Below are positions 23,695-37,261 of a DNA stretch of 64,000 nt, piece after piece. How positions within the stretch are numbered: the first letter of the stretch is position 1; each line of letters opens with the position of its first letter. Made by a program: the position numbers and the translations under genes. The notes under the pieces are model-generated. The model had not been told where the DNA came from. It saw nothing but the letters and a program-made list of their open reading frames with translations, and did no database searches. Source of the DNA: the human T2T-CHM13v2.0 reference genome, Homo sapiens; assembly GCF_009914755.1 (NCBI RefSeq), contig NC_060928.1. One strand, given 5' to 3'.

Positions 23695-24350
23695 CTAATT
23701 TGTACTTTATTAATAGAATGGTTTTACAAAACGGCCTTCCTGTGTGTATAGAAACTGTTGTATGTAATGTTCTCAAACTGTGTTGCTATTATGCTCAGAA
23801 CAGCCCTCACTACTGCAGCATTAAATTGCATTATGAGATAATTCATAAATTTAAAAAAATCATTGAAAATTCTACAAACATGATATCTGGCAGCATATAT
23901 TCTCTAAGTTTAAATATAAGAGAATGTGAGTTACAAGTTTAAAAAATCACTTTGTTAATGTTATAAAAATTGTTTGGTAATCTAATATATATTATAATGA
24001 ATGTTTGGCCTTTCTTATGAAGTTTTTGTGGCAAGACTGGGTTCTATTTTAAGACCCCAGTTTCTATCATGCCCAGCTTGGAACGTAGTATTTGGATCAC
24101 TCTGTGTTCTACTTAGACTAGATAGTGTGAGACATGTGGAGGAAATGAAGGGGCAAAGCCATGGTTACAGTACAGATTATCTAAAATCTTTGAAACCTCC
24201 AGCTTAAATCTTTCCTACATCTAACTATAATAAAACAACCTCTCCTTCATGCTATTTGAGTTCCATTTTTAAAAATCCCTTATTTTAGCCTAGGGAAGAT
24301 CCAAGAAGCAGGAAGTGAAAAGGAAGTAAAACCCAGGTTGGCAAATTAAG

Positions 24351-24937
24351 TTTTATTATTGTAAAATATTCATAACTTACAATGTAACATTTTATCCATT
24401 TTAAGTATACGGTTCATTGATATGCAGTACATTCTCATTGGTGTGCAATCATTACCACTATACATGTCCAGAAATTTTTCATCATTGCCCACTAACACTC
24501 TGTACCCATGAAACAATAACTCCTCACACTCCCTCCCTCTAGCCACTGGTAACCACTGTTCTCTCTGTCTCTATGAATTTCACTCTTCTAGGTACCTCAT
24601 ATAAATGGAATCACATAACATCTTTTTGTGTCTTGTTTATTTCACTTATCATAACGTCCTCAAGTTTTATCTGTGTTGTAGCATGTATTAGAAATTTATT
24701 GCTTCCTAAGGCTGAATAATAATCAATTGTAGGTACATATCATATTTTGTATATCTTTTTATTTGGGAATAGACATTTGGATTGTTTCCACCTTATGGTT
24801 ATTATGCATAATGCTACTCCGTACATTGGTGTACAAATATCTGTTTTAGCCCTGTTTTCAATTCTTTTGTCTATATGCCCAGAAGTGGAATTGCTGAATA
24901 ATATGGTAATTCTGTGTTTATGTTTTTAAGGAACCAC
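24351..24937 (-). mobile_element. L1MB3-like 3' fragment
   Basis: 'tctatgaatttcactcttctaggtacctcatataaatggaatcacata...cccagaagtggaattgctg'. Confidence 0.85.
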
Positions 24938-26409
24938 TTTTTTTTTTAACAATAGAAGTTTGTTTATTTTAATACCATGAAATCTGATTGAAATGCTTAA
25001 AATGCTGTCGTACAATTGAGTTTCCTAAAAATAATTATATATACAGTGCCAGCACATTAATATTATGTGGCCAATATTTATCTTTATAAAACTGAATCGA
25101 GGTTTTACTGCACTGGCCTAATACAGCATATGTATTGTGTATTAATATACCTAAAATGTAGAGTTGAAGAAGGGCATGCCTTGATAGAGAGAAGTTTGTA
25201 TTTGGGTCCAATTTATAGATTGCCTTGGAAGAAGATGATTGGTAAAAGTAAGCAAGAATCAAGTAGCTATTTTGAAGAACAGCTGCATATCATATAGACA
25301 ATACTGAAAGGCAAAGGATATTGAGATTTTATGTAAATCATGCTTCATATTTAACATTGATAACCTGAAGGAAACCCTTTCTGTTTATCTAGCTGACTTG
25401 ACGTGTGATTACTTTTACCACTCAGAGCAGTCTCCTCACATGTCACAGATTTTATTATGCTCCAGATTTTCCAGCAAATAAGCATATAATAAATGGAAGG
25501 CCTCTGTCCAAAATAATAAAAATGGCTAAAATACTCTCTTGATTTCTCTTTGTATTGAAAGCTATAGAAGTCATTTCATGATATTTTCCACAAGTATATT
25601 TAAATATTGTTTAACTTACTGCCTTATATTTGCATGTTTTATGTAAATCCCACACAAAACCATATGTAATAGTAATTTGGTAGTACCTGAAAATAATGTC
25701 TTTTCATTTTTAAGATAAAACATTGAACATGAAAACATATAATTTTTATTTTTTATCCTGCAAGTTTTCATCCAAAAAATTGTTATATAACTCTTGCTTA
25801 GATTGCTTATAAATCATTTTATTTATACAGATTAATCAGGGCCCTTACTTGCATTCATACATTTAAAAATATATATACTAAATATAAATGCTGTTAGTTA
25901 TGTTTATTAGTTAAAATATATTAATAAACAGTTTCTATAATTTTGTTGGTCCAAGTATGTTGCCAGTACTGTATTTATTGCTCATCAATTCTTTTCTTTT
26001 TCTGTATATGTTCAACACACTTGATGTATTAAATAATGTGTGAATATGTATCAATGATTCAGTGACATTCCTAAATTTGGTATAATCATGAGTAAGCAAA
26101 ACCTCTACAGATAACCATCATTCCTTTTGTGGTTACTAACTGACACTCTGAAGAATACAGAAGATTGTTTAAATTAAGAAGATATCAAATACAAGAAACA
26201 AAATAAAGCAAACAAACAAGCAACTTCAAATATTTATATTAAAGAAAAATTATAAACCTTACATTGAAATTCACTAGAAATGACACATAACTTCTGAGAT
26301 CTCTTGACCTCTGGGAGATCTTTGTTTCTCATGAAAAAAATTTATTCTTTCTCCATAAGAAAAATCTTGAAAAATAAAATATGTAAATAAAAGTTGAGCC
26401 AATGGTTAC

Positions 26410-26790
26410 TGATCTCGTTTGGCTCTGTGTCCCCACCCAAATCTCATGTTGAATTGTAAGCCCCACGTGTTGCAGGAGGGGCCTGGCAGAAGGGTGATTG
26501 AATCATGGGGGCAGACTTCCCCCTTGCTGTTTTTGTCATAGAGTTCTCAGGAGATCTGGTTGTTTAAAAGTGTGTAGCACTCTTCCCTTCGCTCTCTCTC
26601 TCTCCTACCACCACGTGAAAATGTGCTTGCTTCCCCTTTTCCTTTCTGCTGTGATTGTAAGTTTCCTGAGGCTACCCAGCCGTGCTCTCTATATAGCCTG
26701 CAGAACTGCAAGTCAATTAAACCTTTTTTCTTCATAAATTGCCCAGTCTCAGGTAGTTATTTATAGCAATGTGAGAACAAACTAATTTCA
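26410..26790 (+). mobile_element. THE1D/MSTA-type MaLR solo LTR
   Basis: 'tgatctcgtttggctctgtgtccccacccaaatctcatgttgaattgtaa...gattgtaagtttcctgagg...cccagtctcaggtagttatttatagcaatgtgagaac'. Confidence 0.92.
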
Positions 26791-27191
26791 AATTATTTAA
26801 CATCATAAGCTCTGTTTCATTATTTTTATATAAGATATTAGGTACTAAAGCATATCTTTGATTGAACAATAGCATGTGCCAAGTAATAATTTAATAGTTT
26901 TCTATGAATCGTAGCATATATCATATGGAAACTCTGATCACCAAGAAAATGTGTCTCAGCATGAAGTAAATATACTTGCAAACAAAAGTAAATATACATG
27001 TAAAAGTAAAGTGTAAAGTGTAAAATGTGGCCTTTATAACAACCTTGTTATTTCTATTGTGCTTATTGAACTGAAAGTACTTTGAGAATATCCATTATTC
27101 TTTTCAATGCACTATGGGAACCTGAAGCCTCTGGGCTAGAAATCATTGGAATTAGAGTTATGTGCTCACATAAGCAGATTCAGACATGTAA

Positions 27192-27564
<373 letters not shown>

Positions 27565-28124
27565 AACAAAATATATTTTTAAAGATAAAGAATAAAACCG
27601 GAACTATGTCCACGATAAAAAGTGTAGCTGTTCATATTCTTTTTTTTTTCTGAATCCATTGTTAATGTTTGCATTCTTGAGGGCTACAAGAATTTCACTT
27701 TAATTGCTCCCATCACCATTCTTCACAACATCATTTTTTTCTTCTTTCTATTAAAAAGAATTTTATTAAAGTATAATAGACATACAATAAAATTTACTCA
27801 TTTAAGTATACTATTCAACAATTATTAGTAAATTTACAGAGTTGTACAATCATCAGAACAATCTAGTTGGAAAACATTTCCATTACATCAAAGAGCTTTT
27901 TGCTGACCATTTGTAGACAATCCTTCTTCTTACTGGCAACCCCAGGAAAACACTAATCCTCTTTCTGCCTCTAGCAGCAGATGTTTCATGTAAATAGAAT
28001 CATGGAATATATGATCTCTTGCGTCTGGCTTCTATTAGCATTATATTTTGAAATTCATCCATGGTTTATTATATATCAATAGTTTATTCCTTCTTATGCT
28101 CAATAGTGTTCCATTGTATTCCAT

Positions 28125-28580
28125 TTTATTAGTTTTCTAGGGCTGCCATAAAAATGTACCAAAAACTTGGTGGCTTAAGAAAACAGAACTTTATTCTCTC
28201 ACAGTTTCTGAAAGCTAGATGTCTGAAATCTAAGCATCAGAAGAGCCATACTCTCTTTGATAGTCCAAGGGGAAAATCCTTCCTTACTCCTTCCTAGTTT
28301 CTTATAGTTCCTGGTAATCCGTGGGCGTTTCTTGGCTTGCAAAGGCATCATTCCAATCACTGTCTCCATCATCACATGGTATTCTTCCTGTTTGTCTCTG
28401 TGTCTCTTGTGTTTGCTCTTCTTATAAAGAGACCAGTCATTAGATTAGGGCCTACTTTAATCGAGTATGACTTCATTTTAAGTAATTACATATGCAAAGA
28501 CCCAATTTCCAAATGAAATCACATTCTAAGGTTCCAAATGAAGATGGATTTTTTGAGGAGATATTATTCAACCCAGTACA
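28125..28580 (-). mobile_element. MLT1B (MaLR) LTR
   Basis: 'tattagttttctagggctgccataa...cttcttataaagagaccagtcattagattagggcc...attcaacccagtaca'. TSD tccat/tacat. Confidence 0.88.
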
Positions 28581-29172
28581 TACATTTTGTTTATGCATTC
28601 ACCAGTTGATGTACAAGTGGATTATTTCCAGCTTTTGGCTATTATCAACAATGTGGCTGTAAATATTTGCATGTATGTGGCTGTGAAAACTATATTTTCT
28701 TTTCCCTTGAGCAAATACCTAGGAGTGAGATCACAGGGTGGTATGATAAACATATTTTACTTTTTACAAAACTGTCAAATACTTTCCCAAAATGGCTGCA
28801 CCATGTTGCATTCTTAAGAACTGGATGAGTTCCAGCTTTTCCCCCTCTTCACCACACCTGTTATTGTTTGTCCTCTTTATTATTGCCATTTGAGTGGTAT
28901 GAAATAGTAATTGATTTTCCTTATAATGTGCATTTCCCTAATGAATAATAATGTTAAACATCTTTTTAAGTGTTTATCAAACATACATATATTTTCTGTG
29001 GCGAAATGCCGGTTCAAATATTTTGTCAATTTGTAATTGTATTATTAATCTTTTTACTATTAATATCCAGATATAGTTATTTTCTCAAATACATAACTTG
29101 CAAATATTTCTCCCAGTTTATGGCTTGTATTTTTATTTCCTTATTGGTGTTCTTTCAAGCATAAAAGTTGTT

Positions 29173-30485
29173 TGGTTTTTTAAAGGCGCATGCGCATTTT
29201 ATTAATAAAAACTAACAGTGCCAAGTTAAACAAGTCAGACAATTAAAGTCTCTTCATATTCCATAAAATATTACAGAAAAGTTTATTTGTGTTTCAATAA
29301 AAATACTATCATTTTAGAACAGGCAGCTAATAGCAACAGTGCAGGTAAAGGGATTTGTGAATAAATTTTAAAAGAGACTACTGCCTGGTCTTAAATTCCT
29401 TTTTCTTTTTATAAAAAAAACTATTAAAAATGTTTGACAAATTTTGAGTTAAAATTGTTAAAACATTCTCTATATTTAATTTCAATTGTATAGTGGATTA
29501 CTGGAAGGTGCTTATGAAACAAATACATTTGTTTCAAGTACATGTCTTTAAATTATAGACTTACAGGTATGTAAACAACTATATAATAAAAGGTTTCCAA
29601 AAGCTGTCTGTAAGAAATCAGGCAAATTTTACCATAAGCAATAAACCATTCCAAGCCATCCAGACAGTCTCCATAGCCGCACCAGCGTGGCAATAAGCTT
29701 TAACCAAGCAAAACAAAAACGAACAAAACAAAAGCGCTTTGCAATTTGTTGCTGCAAAATAGGGAAAGAAAAGAGTGTATAAATCTGATGGAATCACAAC
29801 AGTCAATATAATTTAAGGGAAAATAAAGTGAATAAGATTGATGTTGTTTATTGTTTAGAAAGTCGAATTCTGGCCAGGCGTGGTGGCTCACGCCTGTAAT
29901 CCCAGCACTTTGGGAAGCTGAGATGGGCGAATCACGAAGTTAGGAGTTCAAGGCCAGCCCAACTAACGTGGTGAAACCCCGTCTCTAGTAAAAATACAAA
30001 AAATTAGCTGGGTGTGGTGGTGGGCCCCTGTAATCCCAGCTATTCAGGATGCTGAGGCAGGAGAATCGCTTGAGCTCGGGAGGCGGAGGTTGCAGTGAGC
30101 TGCGAACATATCACTGCACTCCAGCCCTGGGAACAAAGTGAGACTCTTGTTTCAAAAAAAAAAAGTGAATGAATGAAAGTCAAATTCTGCTGTTTTCTTG
30201 GGGCTCTGGACACCGTACCGCTGAACAAATGGAAAACTCCACAGTGTCACTATACACCAGCCGGGGTGCCATCCAAACTCACGGCAAATAAACGGCATCC
30301 AGTGCTCACCATCCACACCACAACAGGAGGGCGTTTTATTTTAATGGATGTGGATGAAATACAATTTCTTCAGCAAACTCGGCGAAAATTTTTCAAAAAT
30401 GAACTGAGCACTTAAAGAAAAATAGAAAATGAAAACACAAAATCCTAAGAAGTAAATAAATGCTCTGCATCAGCACACTGGTATC
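29173..30485 (-). pseudogene. PTP4A2: Processed retrocopy of an mRNA 3'UTR only; probable parent PTP4A2 (identity from recall, needs BLAST)
   Basis: 10-bp TSD aaaagttgtt (29163-29172 / 30486-30495) splitting an L1M. T-rich tail remnant at 29173-29181. Minus-strand AATAAA at 29198-29203, 16 nt from the tail. Non-repeat text 'aaagcttattgccacgctggtgcggctatggagactgtctgga...' that I recall from the PTP4A2 3'UTR. Confidence 0.7.
29872..30174 (+). mobile_element. AluSg-like element inserted in the retrocopy
   Basis: Full dimer. TSD gaaagtc(g/a)aattct at 29858-29871 / 30175-30188. Confidence 0.93.
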
Positions 30486-30799
30486 AAAAGTTGTTAATAT
30501 GTAATACAGTCAAATGTATTCTTTAAAAACTAGATCATGCTCTAGCATTTCAGATTCAGAAATTCTAATATTTATAATAATCTGTGAAAAAAATATTGTT
30601 TACCACTTTGTACAAATGATAAAGAACCTTACTCATATTTTTAAAAACTACTATATAATATTGTGTGATGAAAGAAAGTTAATATTTAGCTAGTTTGTAT
30701 TTAGCTACACATTTTGCATATTTTCATTTTTTATTTAACCTTTGGACATTGTGCTTTTAGGGCAGTTTTCCAGACCCCACAGATTTGTGCGTAATTTTC

Positions 30800-30960
30800 G
30801 TGTGTGTGGTTTTGTGTGTGTGTGTGTATGTGTGTATTCACCTGCATTACAGATAAATACCTCACTTATTAAAGGTTACAGTTTTACTTAAAGATGTATA
30901 TGTGTGTCTACATATATGTATGTATTGTGTGAGAGTGTGTTTGTGTATGTGTGTGTTTCG
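30800..30960. repeat. TG-rich low-complexity tract
   Basis: Interrupted (TG)n runs. Confidence 0.8.
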
Positions 30961-30964
30961 ATAA

Positions 30965-31088
30965 TTCATTCACCAACTCTGTAAACATTATTGAGCACCT
31001 ACTGTGAGACAGATGCTAAGCCTGGTACTGGAGATTCACCAGTAAACAAAACAGATAATCTTATTTATGGAATGTAAATTCTAATCTG
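30965..31088 (-). mobile_element. L2 3' end (continues at ~39167-39660 after the L1PB1 insertion)
   Basis: 'ttcattcacc...aaacattattgagcacctactgtgagacagatgctaagcctggtactggagattcaccagtaaacaaaacaga'. Confidence 0.8.
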
Positions 31089-34000
31089 AAAAACGTGGAA
31101 TCAGGGATTAAGATGGAAGATAGGAAGCAGGACTAGCTTGCAGCTCCCGCTTGGATGGACAGAGCAGTGTGCGGAGACTCACATCATGCATCTTTGCTCC
31201 AAGAACTACCACAAGAACATACCAGGAAAGCCAAGAGAATCCACAGACCCTTTGAAGGAACTGGATCACCACTGCAGGCTTCCTGAGATGCCAAAAAACT
31301 GTGAGTTTGCTTGCTTTCTCAACAGAGAGGCTGGTAGTCTGGAGCCAGTTCTCAGCTCTGGTCACTGGCTCCTGGAAATCAACTCAGTGCTGTTGGGAGG
31401 GCATGGTGGGAGTGAGTTCGGCCGTTAGGACTGTGGGCTGCCTGGAAGCAGTGTGAGGCCTGTGATTGCCAGCTTTCCCCCACTTCCCTGGCCACCTGTA
31501 TAACTCAGCAGAGGCAGCCATAATCCCCCTGGGAATATAACTCCATTGGACTGGGAATGACACCTCCATCACCCATAGCAGTGGCAGAAAGCCCTGCCCA
31601 AAGAGAGGCTGAGCTCAGACACACCTATCCCTGCCCTCATCTGGTGGTCTTTCTCTACCTGCCCTGGTAGCTGAAGACAAAAGCCATAATCTCTTAGGAA
31701 ATCTATGGCCTTGTTCACTGGCTTAGAAACCTGAATACTTAACCAAGTATTCCTAGGGCAAGTTTGCATCCTGCCTATAGGACCACAGCTTATACGTTCT
31801 TGAAAACACTACCTTCTGGCTGGAGGCCAACCAACACAAAACGAGTACACTGAACAAACACACAACCAAGGACCCTCACAGAGTGCCCTTCATTCCTCTG
31901 CTTCCTCCACCAGAGAAGATGCTGGTGTCCATAACTGCAACATCTCAAGACAGATCACATCGCAGGACTCTTTGCAGACACTCCCCAGTACCAGCCAGGA
32001 GTCCAGTAGCTCTGCTGGGTGGCTAGACTCAGAAGAGCAAAAACAGCCACTACAGTTTGGCTCTCAGGAAGCTCCATTTCTAGGGGAAGCAGGAAAGCAC
32101 CACATCAAGGGAGCACCCCATGGGATGAAAGAACCTGAACAGCAGCCCTTGAATTCCAGATCTTCCCTCTGACCTAGTCTACCCAAATGAGAAGGAACCA
32201 GAAAAACAATTCTGGTGATATGAGAAAACAAGGTTCTTTAACAACCCCAAAAGATCATACCAGCTCACCAGCAATGGATCCAAGCCAAGATAAAAAGCTC
32301 TGAATTACCAGAAAAAGAATTCAGAAGGTCGATTATTAAGCTAATCAAGGAGGCACCAGAGAAATGTGAAGAAATTCCATTAAATGCCATTCCATTCCAA
32401 CTTAAAGGAATCAAAAACATGATACAGGATATGAAAGGAAAATTCTTCAGTGAAATAGCTAGCAAAAAAAAAAAATCACAACTTCTGAAAATGAAGGACA
32501 CACTTAGAGAAATGCAAAATGCACTGAAAAGTCTCAGCAATAGAATCGAACAAGCAGAAGAAAGAACTTCAGAGCTCAAAGGCAAGGCTTTTGAATTAAC
32601 CCAATGTGTCAAAGACAAAGGAAAAAGTAGATTTAAAAAAATGAACAAAGCCTCCAAGAAGTTTGGGACTATGTTAAATGTCCAAACCTAAGAATAACTT
32701 GTGTTCCCAAGGAAGAAGAGAAATCGAAAAGTCTGGAAAACTTATTCAAGGAAATAATTAAAGGAGACTTTCCCGGCCTTGCTAGACATCTAGACAACCA
32801 AATAAAAGAAGTTTAAAGAACACCCGGGAAATTCATTGCAAGAACATCATCACTTAGGCACATAGTAATAAGGTTATCTAAAGTCAAGATGAAGGAAAGA
32901 ATCTTAAGAACTGTGAGGCAAAAGCATCAGATAACCTATAAAGGAAAACCTATCAAATTAAGTGCAGATTTCTCAGCAGAAACTCTACAAGCTAGAAGGG
33001 ATTGGGTCCTATTTTTAGCTTCCTTAAACAAAACAATTATCAGCCAAGAGTTTTGTATCCAGTGAAACTAAGCTTCATAAATGAGAAAAAGATAGTTTTT
33101 TCCAGACAAACAAATGCTGAGATAAATTCTCACTACCCATCAGCACCACAAGAACTGCTAAAAGAGCTCTAAATCTTGAAACAAATCCTTAAAATACACC
33201 AAAAATAGAACCTCTTTAAAGCATAAATCTCACAGGACCTATGTAACAATAACACAATTAAATATAAAACAAAGTATGCAGGCATAAAATAGCATAATGA
33301 ATAGAATCCTACCTCACATCTCAATGCTAACATTGAATGCAAATGGCCTAAATGTTCCACTTAAATGATATAGAATGGCAGAATGGATAAGAATTCTCCA
33401 ACCAAGTTTCTGCTGTCTTCAAGATACTCACTTAACACCTAAGGACTCACGTAAACTTAAGGTAAATGGGTGGAAAAAGATATTCCCTGCAAATAGACAC
33501 CAAAAGCGAACAGGAGTAGCTATTCTTATATCAGACAAAACAAACTTTAAAGCAAAAGCAGTTAACAAAAAGGCAAAGAGGTACATTATATAATGGTAGA
33601 AGGACTTGTTCAACAGCAAAATATCACAATTCAGAATATAGATGCACCTAACACTGGAGCCCCAAATTTATAAAACAATTACTACTAGACCTAAGAAATG
33701 AGAGAGATGGCAACACAATAGTAGTGAGGGACTTTAATACTTCACTGACGGCACTAAACAGGTCATCAAGACAGAAAGTCAACAAAGAAACAACGAACTT
33801 AAACTACATCCTACAACAAATGGACTTAACAGATATTTACAGAACATTCTGCCCAACAAGTGCAGAATATACCTTCTATTTATCAGCACATGGAACATTC
33901 TCTAAGACCATATGACAGTCCACAAAATAAGTCTCAGTAAATTTAAGTAAATTGAAATAATATTAAGTACTCTCTCAGGCCACAGTGGAAAAAAATTGGA

Positions 34001-35012
34001 AATCGACTCCAAAAGGGACCCTCAAAATCATGCAAATATATGGAAACTAAATAACTGCTCCTGTGATCATTGGGTAAACAATGAAATCAAGATGAAAGTT
34101 TAAAAATTCTTTGAACTGAACAATAATAGTGAAACAACCTACTGAAACCCCTGGGATACAGCAAAGTCAGTACTAAGAGGAAACTTCATAGCAATAAATG
34201 CCTACATCAAAAAGTCTGAAAGAGCATGAATAGAAATGTAAGGCCACATTTCATGGAACTGGAAAAACAAGAACAATCCAAACCTAAACCCAGCAGAAGA
34301 AAAGAAATAATGAAGATCACAGCAGAACTAAATGAAATTGAAACAAAAAAAATACAAAAGATAAACAAAACAAAAAGCTAGTACTTTGAAAAAACAAATA
34401 AAATTGATGGACCATTAGTGAGATTAACCAAGAAAAGAGAGAAGATCCAAATAAGCTTAGTTAGAAAAAAATGGGAGATATTACAACTGATACCACAATG
34501 ATACAAAAGATTATTCAAGGCTTCTATGAACATCTTTATGGACATAAACTAGAAAACACAGAGGAGATGGATAAATTTCTTGAAATACACAACCCTCTTA
34601 GATTAAACCAGGAAAATATAGAAACTCTGAACAGACCAGTAACAAGCAGTGAGACTGAAATTGTAATTAAAAAATACCAAAAAAAAAGTGCAAAACCAAG
34701 CAGATTTGCTGAATTCTATCTGACATTCAAAGAAGAATTGGTACCAATCCTATTGACACCATTCCAGAAGACAGAAAAAGAGAGAATTCTTCCTATATCA
34801 TTCTATGAAGCCAGTATCACTCTCATATGAAAACCAGGGAAGGACATAACAAAAAAAGAAAACTACAGACCAGTATCCCTGATGAACATAGATGCAAAAA
34901 TCCTCAACAAAATACTAGTAAACCAAATCCAATAGCATATCAAAAAGATAATCAACCATGATCAAGTGGGTTTCATATCAGGGATGCAGGGATGGTTAAA
35001 CATATACAAGTC

Positions 35013-35312
35013 AGCTGGGCGTGGGGGCTCACGCTTGTAATCCCAGCACTTTGGGAGGCCGAGGCAGGCGGATCACGAGGTCAGGAGATTGAGACCATGG
35101 TGAAACCCCATCTCTACTAAAAATACAAAAAATTAGCCGGGCGTGGTGGCGGGCGCCTGTAGTCCCAGCTACTTGGAGAGGCTGAGGCAGAAGAATGGCG
35201 TGAACCCAGGAGGTGGAGCTTGCAGTGAGCCAAGATCGCGCCACAGCACTCCAGCCTGGGTGACAGAGCTAGACTCCGTCTCAAAAATAAACAAGCAAAA
35301 AAAAACACAAAA
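35013..35312 (+). mobile_element. AluY with a 12-bp left-arm deletion (AluYd-type)
   Basis: 'gagattgagacca|tggtgaaacccc' lacks TCCTGGCTAACA. AluY diagnostics 'gaatggcgtgaaccc' and 'ggagcttgcagtgag'. TSD aaacata(t/c)acaagtc(a). Confidence 0.9.
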
Positions 35313-37261
35313 AAACATACACAAGTCAATAAATGTGATACACCACATAAACATAACTAAAAACAAAAATCACATGATCATCTCAAGAGACACAGAAAAA
35401 GCATTTGGCAAAATCCAGCATTCCTCTATGATTAAAACTCTCAGCAAAATTGGCATAGAAGGGACATACCTTAAGATAATAAAAGCTATCTACGACAAAC
35501 CCACAGCCAACATTATACTGAATAGGGAAAAGTTGAAAGCATTCCCCCTGAGACGGGAACAAGACAAGGAATGACTTTTTATCACTTCTATTCAACATAC
35601 TAATAGTACTGGAAGTCCTAGCCAGAGCAATTAGACAAGAGAAATAAATAAAGGGCATCTACATTGGTAAAGAGAAAGTCAAACTGTTGCTGTTTGCTGA
35701 TGATATTTTGTATACCAAGAAAACCCCAAAGACTCAAACAAAAAGCTGCTAGAAATGGTAAATGAATTCTGCAGTTTTAGGACACAAAATTAATGTACAC
35801 GAATCAGTAGCTCTGTTTTACACCAACAGCTACCAAACTGAGAATCAAATAAAGAGCACAACCCCTTTTTAAATAGCTGCAAAAAATGAAATAAAATACT
35901 TAGGAATATACTTAGCCATGGATATGAAAGGCCTCTACGAGGAAAACTACTAAACACTGCTGAAAGAAATCATAGACAACACGAAAAAATGGAAACACAT
36001 CCTATGCTCATGGATGGGTAGATTCAATATTGTTAAAATGACCATACTGCCAAAAGTAATATACAAATTTAATGCAATTCCAATCAAAATATCCCCATTG
36101 TTCTTCACAGAACTAGAAACAACAATCCTAAAATTAATATGGAACCAAAAAAATAAACCACATAGCCAAAGCAAGACTAAGCAAAAAGAACAAATCTGGA
36201 GACATCACATTACCCAACTTCAAACTATACTATAAGGCCATATTCACCAAAATAGGATGGTACTGGTATAAGAAATAGGCACATAGGCCAATGGAACAGA
36301 ATAGAGAACCCAGAACTAAAGCCAAATACTTACAGCCAGATGATATTTGACAAAGCAAACAAAAACATAAAGTGGGGAAAGGATACCCTATTCACGAAAT
36401 GGTTCTGTGATAATGGGCAAGCCACATGTAGGAGAATGAAATGGGATACTCATCTCTTACCTTATACAACAATCAACTCAAGATGGATCAAGGACTTAAA
36501 TCTAAGGCCTGAAACCATAAAGATTATAGAAGATTACATTGGAAAAACCCTTCTAGACATTGGCTTAGGCAAAGACATCATGACCAAGAACCCAAAAGCA
36601 AATGCAACAAAAACAATGATAAATAGATCAGACTTAATTAAACTAAAAAGCTTCTGCATAGCAAAAGAAATAGTCAGCGGAGTTAAGAGACAATCCACAG
36701 GGTGGGAGAAAATCTTCACAATCTGTACATCTGAAAAAGGACTGATATCCTGAATCTATAAAAAACTCAAATCAGCAAGAAATAAAACAAACAATCCCAT
36801 CAAAAAGTGGTCTAAGGACAGGAATAGACGATTGTCAAAAGTAGATGTGGAAATGGCCAACAAGCCTATGGAAAAATGCCCAACATCACTAATTGTCAGG
36901 GAAATGCAAATCAAAACCACAATGTGATACCATTTCATGCCTGCGGGAATGACCATAATCAAAAAATCAAAAAGTAATAGATGTTGGTGGAAATACAGTG
37001 AACAGGGAACACTTCTACACTGCTGGTGGGAACGTAAACTAGTACAACCACTATGGAAAGCAGTGTGGAGATTCCTTAAAGAACTAAAAGTAGATCCACG
37101 GTTTGATCCAACAATCCCACTACTAGATATCGACCCAGAGGAAAAGAAGTCATTATATGAAAAAGATACTTGCAAATGCATATTTATAGTAGGACAATTT
37201 GGAATTGCAAAAATATGGAATCAGTCCAAATGTCCATCAATCAATGAGTGGATAAAGAAAA

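Larger units (their letters stand above)
27755..30520 (-). mobile_element. L1MB/L1MC 3' region, interrupted by MLT1B and an mRNA retrocopy
   Basis: 'tttattaaagtataatagacatacaataaaa...', 'atttccagcttttggctattatc', 'ttgcaaatatttctcccagtttatggcttg'. Resumes after 30495. Confidence 0.8.

Noticed and set aside
24000-24340. Possible old MaLR/ERVL LTR fragment
   Set aside because: LTR-like composition, but I could not match termini or a family with enough confidence to list it.
29618-30415. Short ORFs within the retrocopy
   Set aside because: Chance frames in 3'UTR or Alu sequence with no phosphatase or other recognisable motif.
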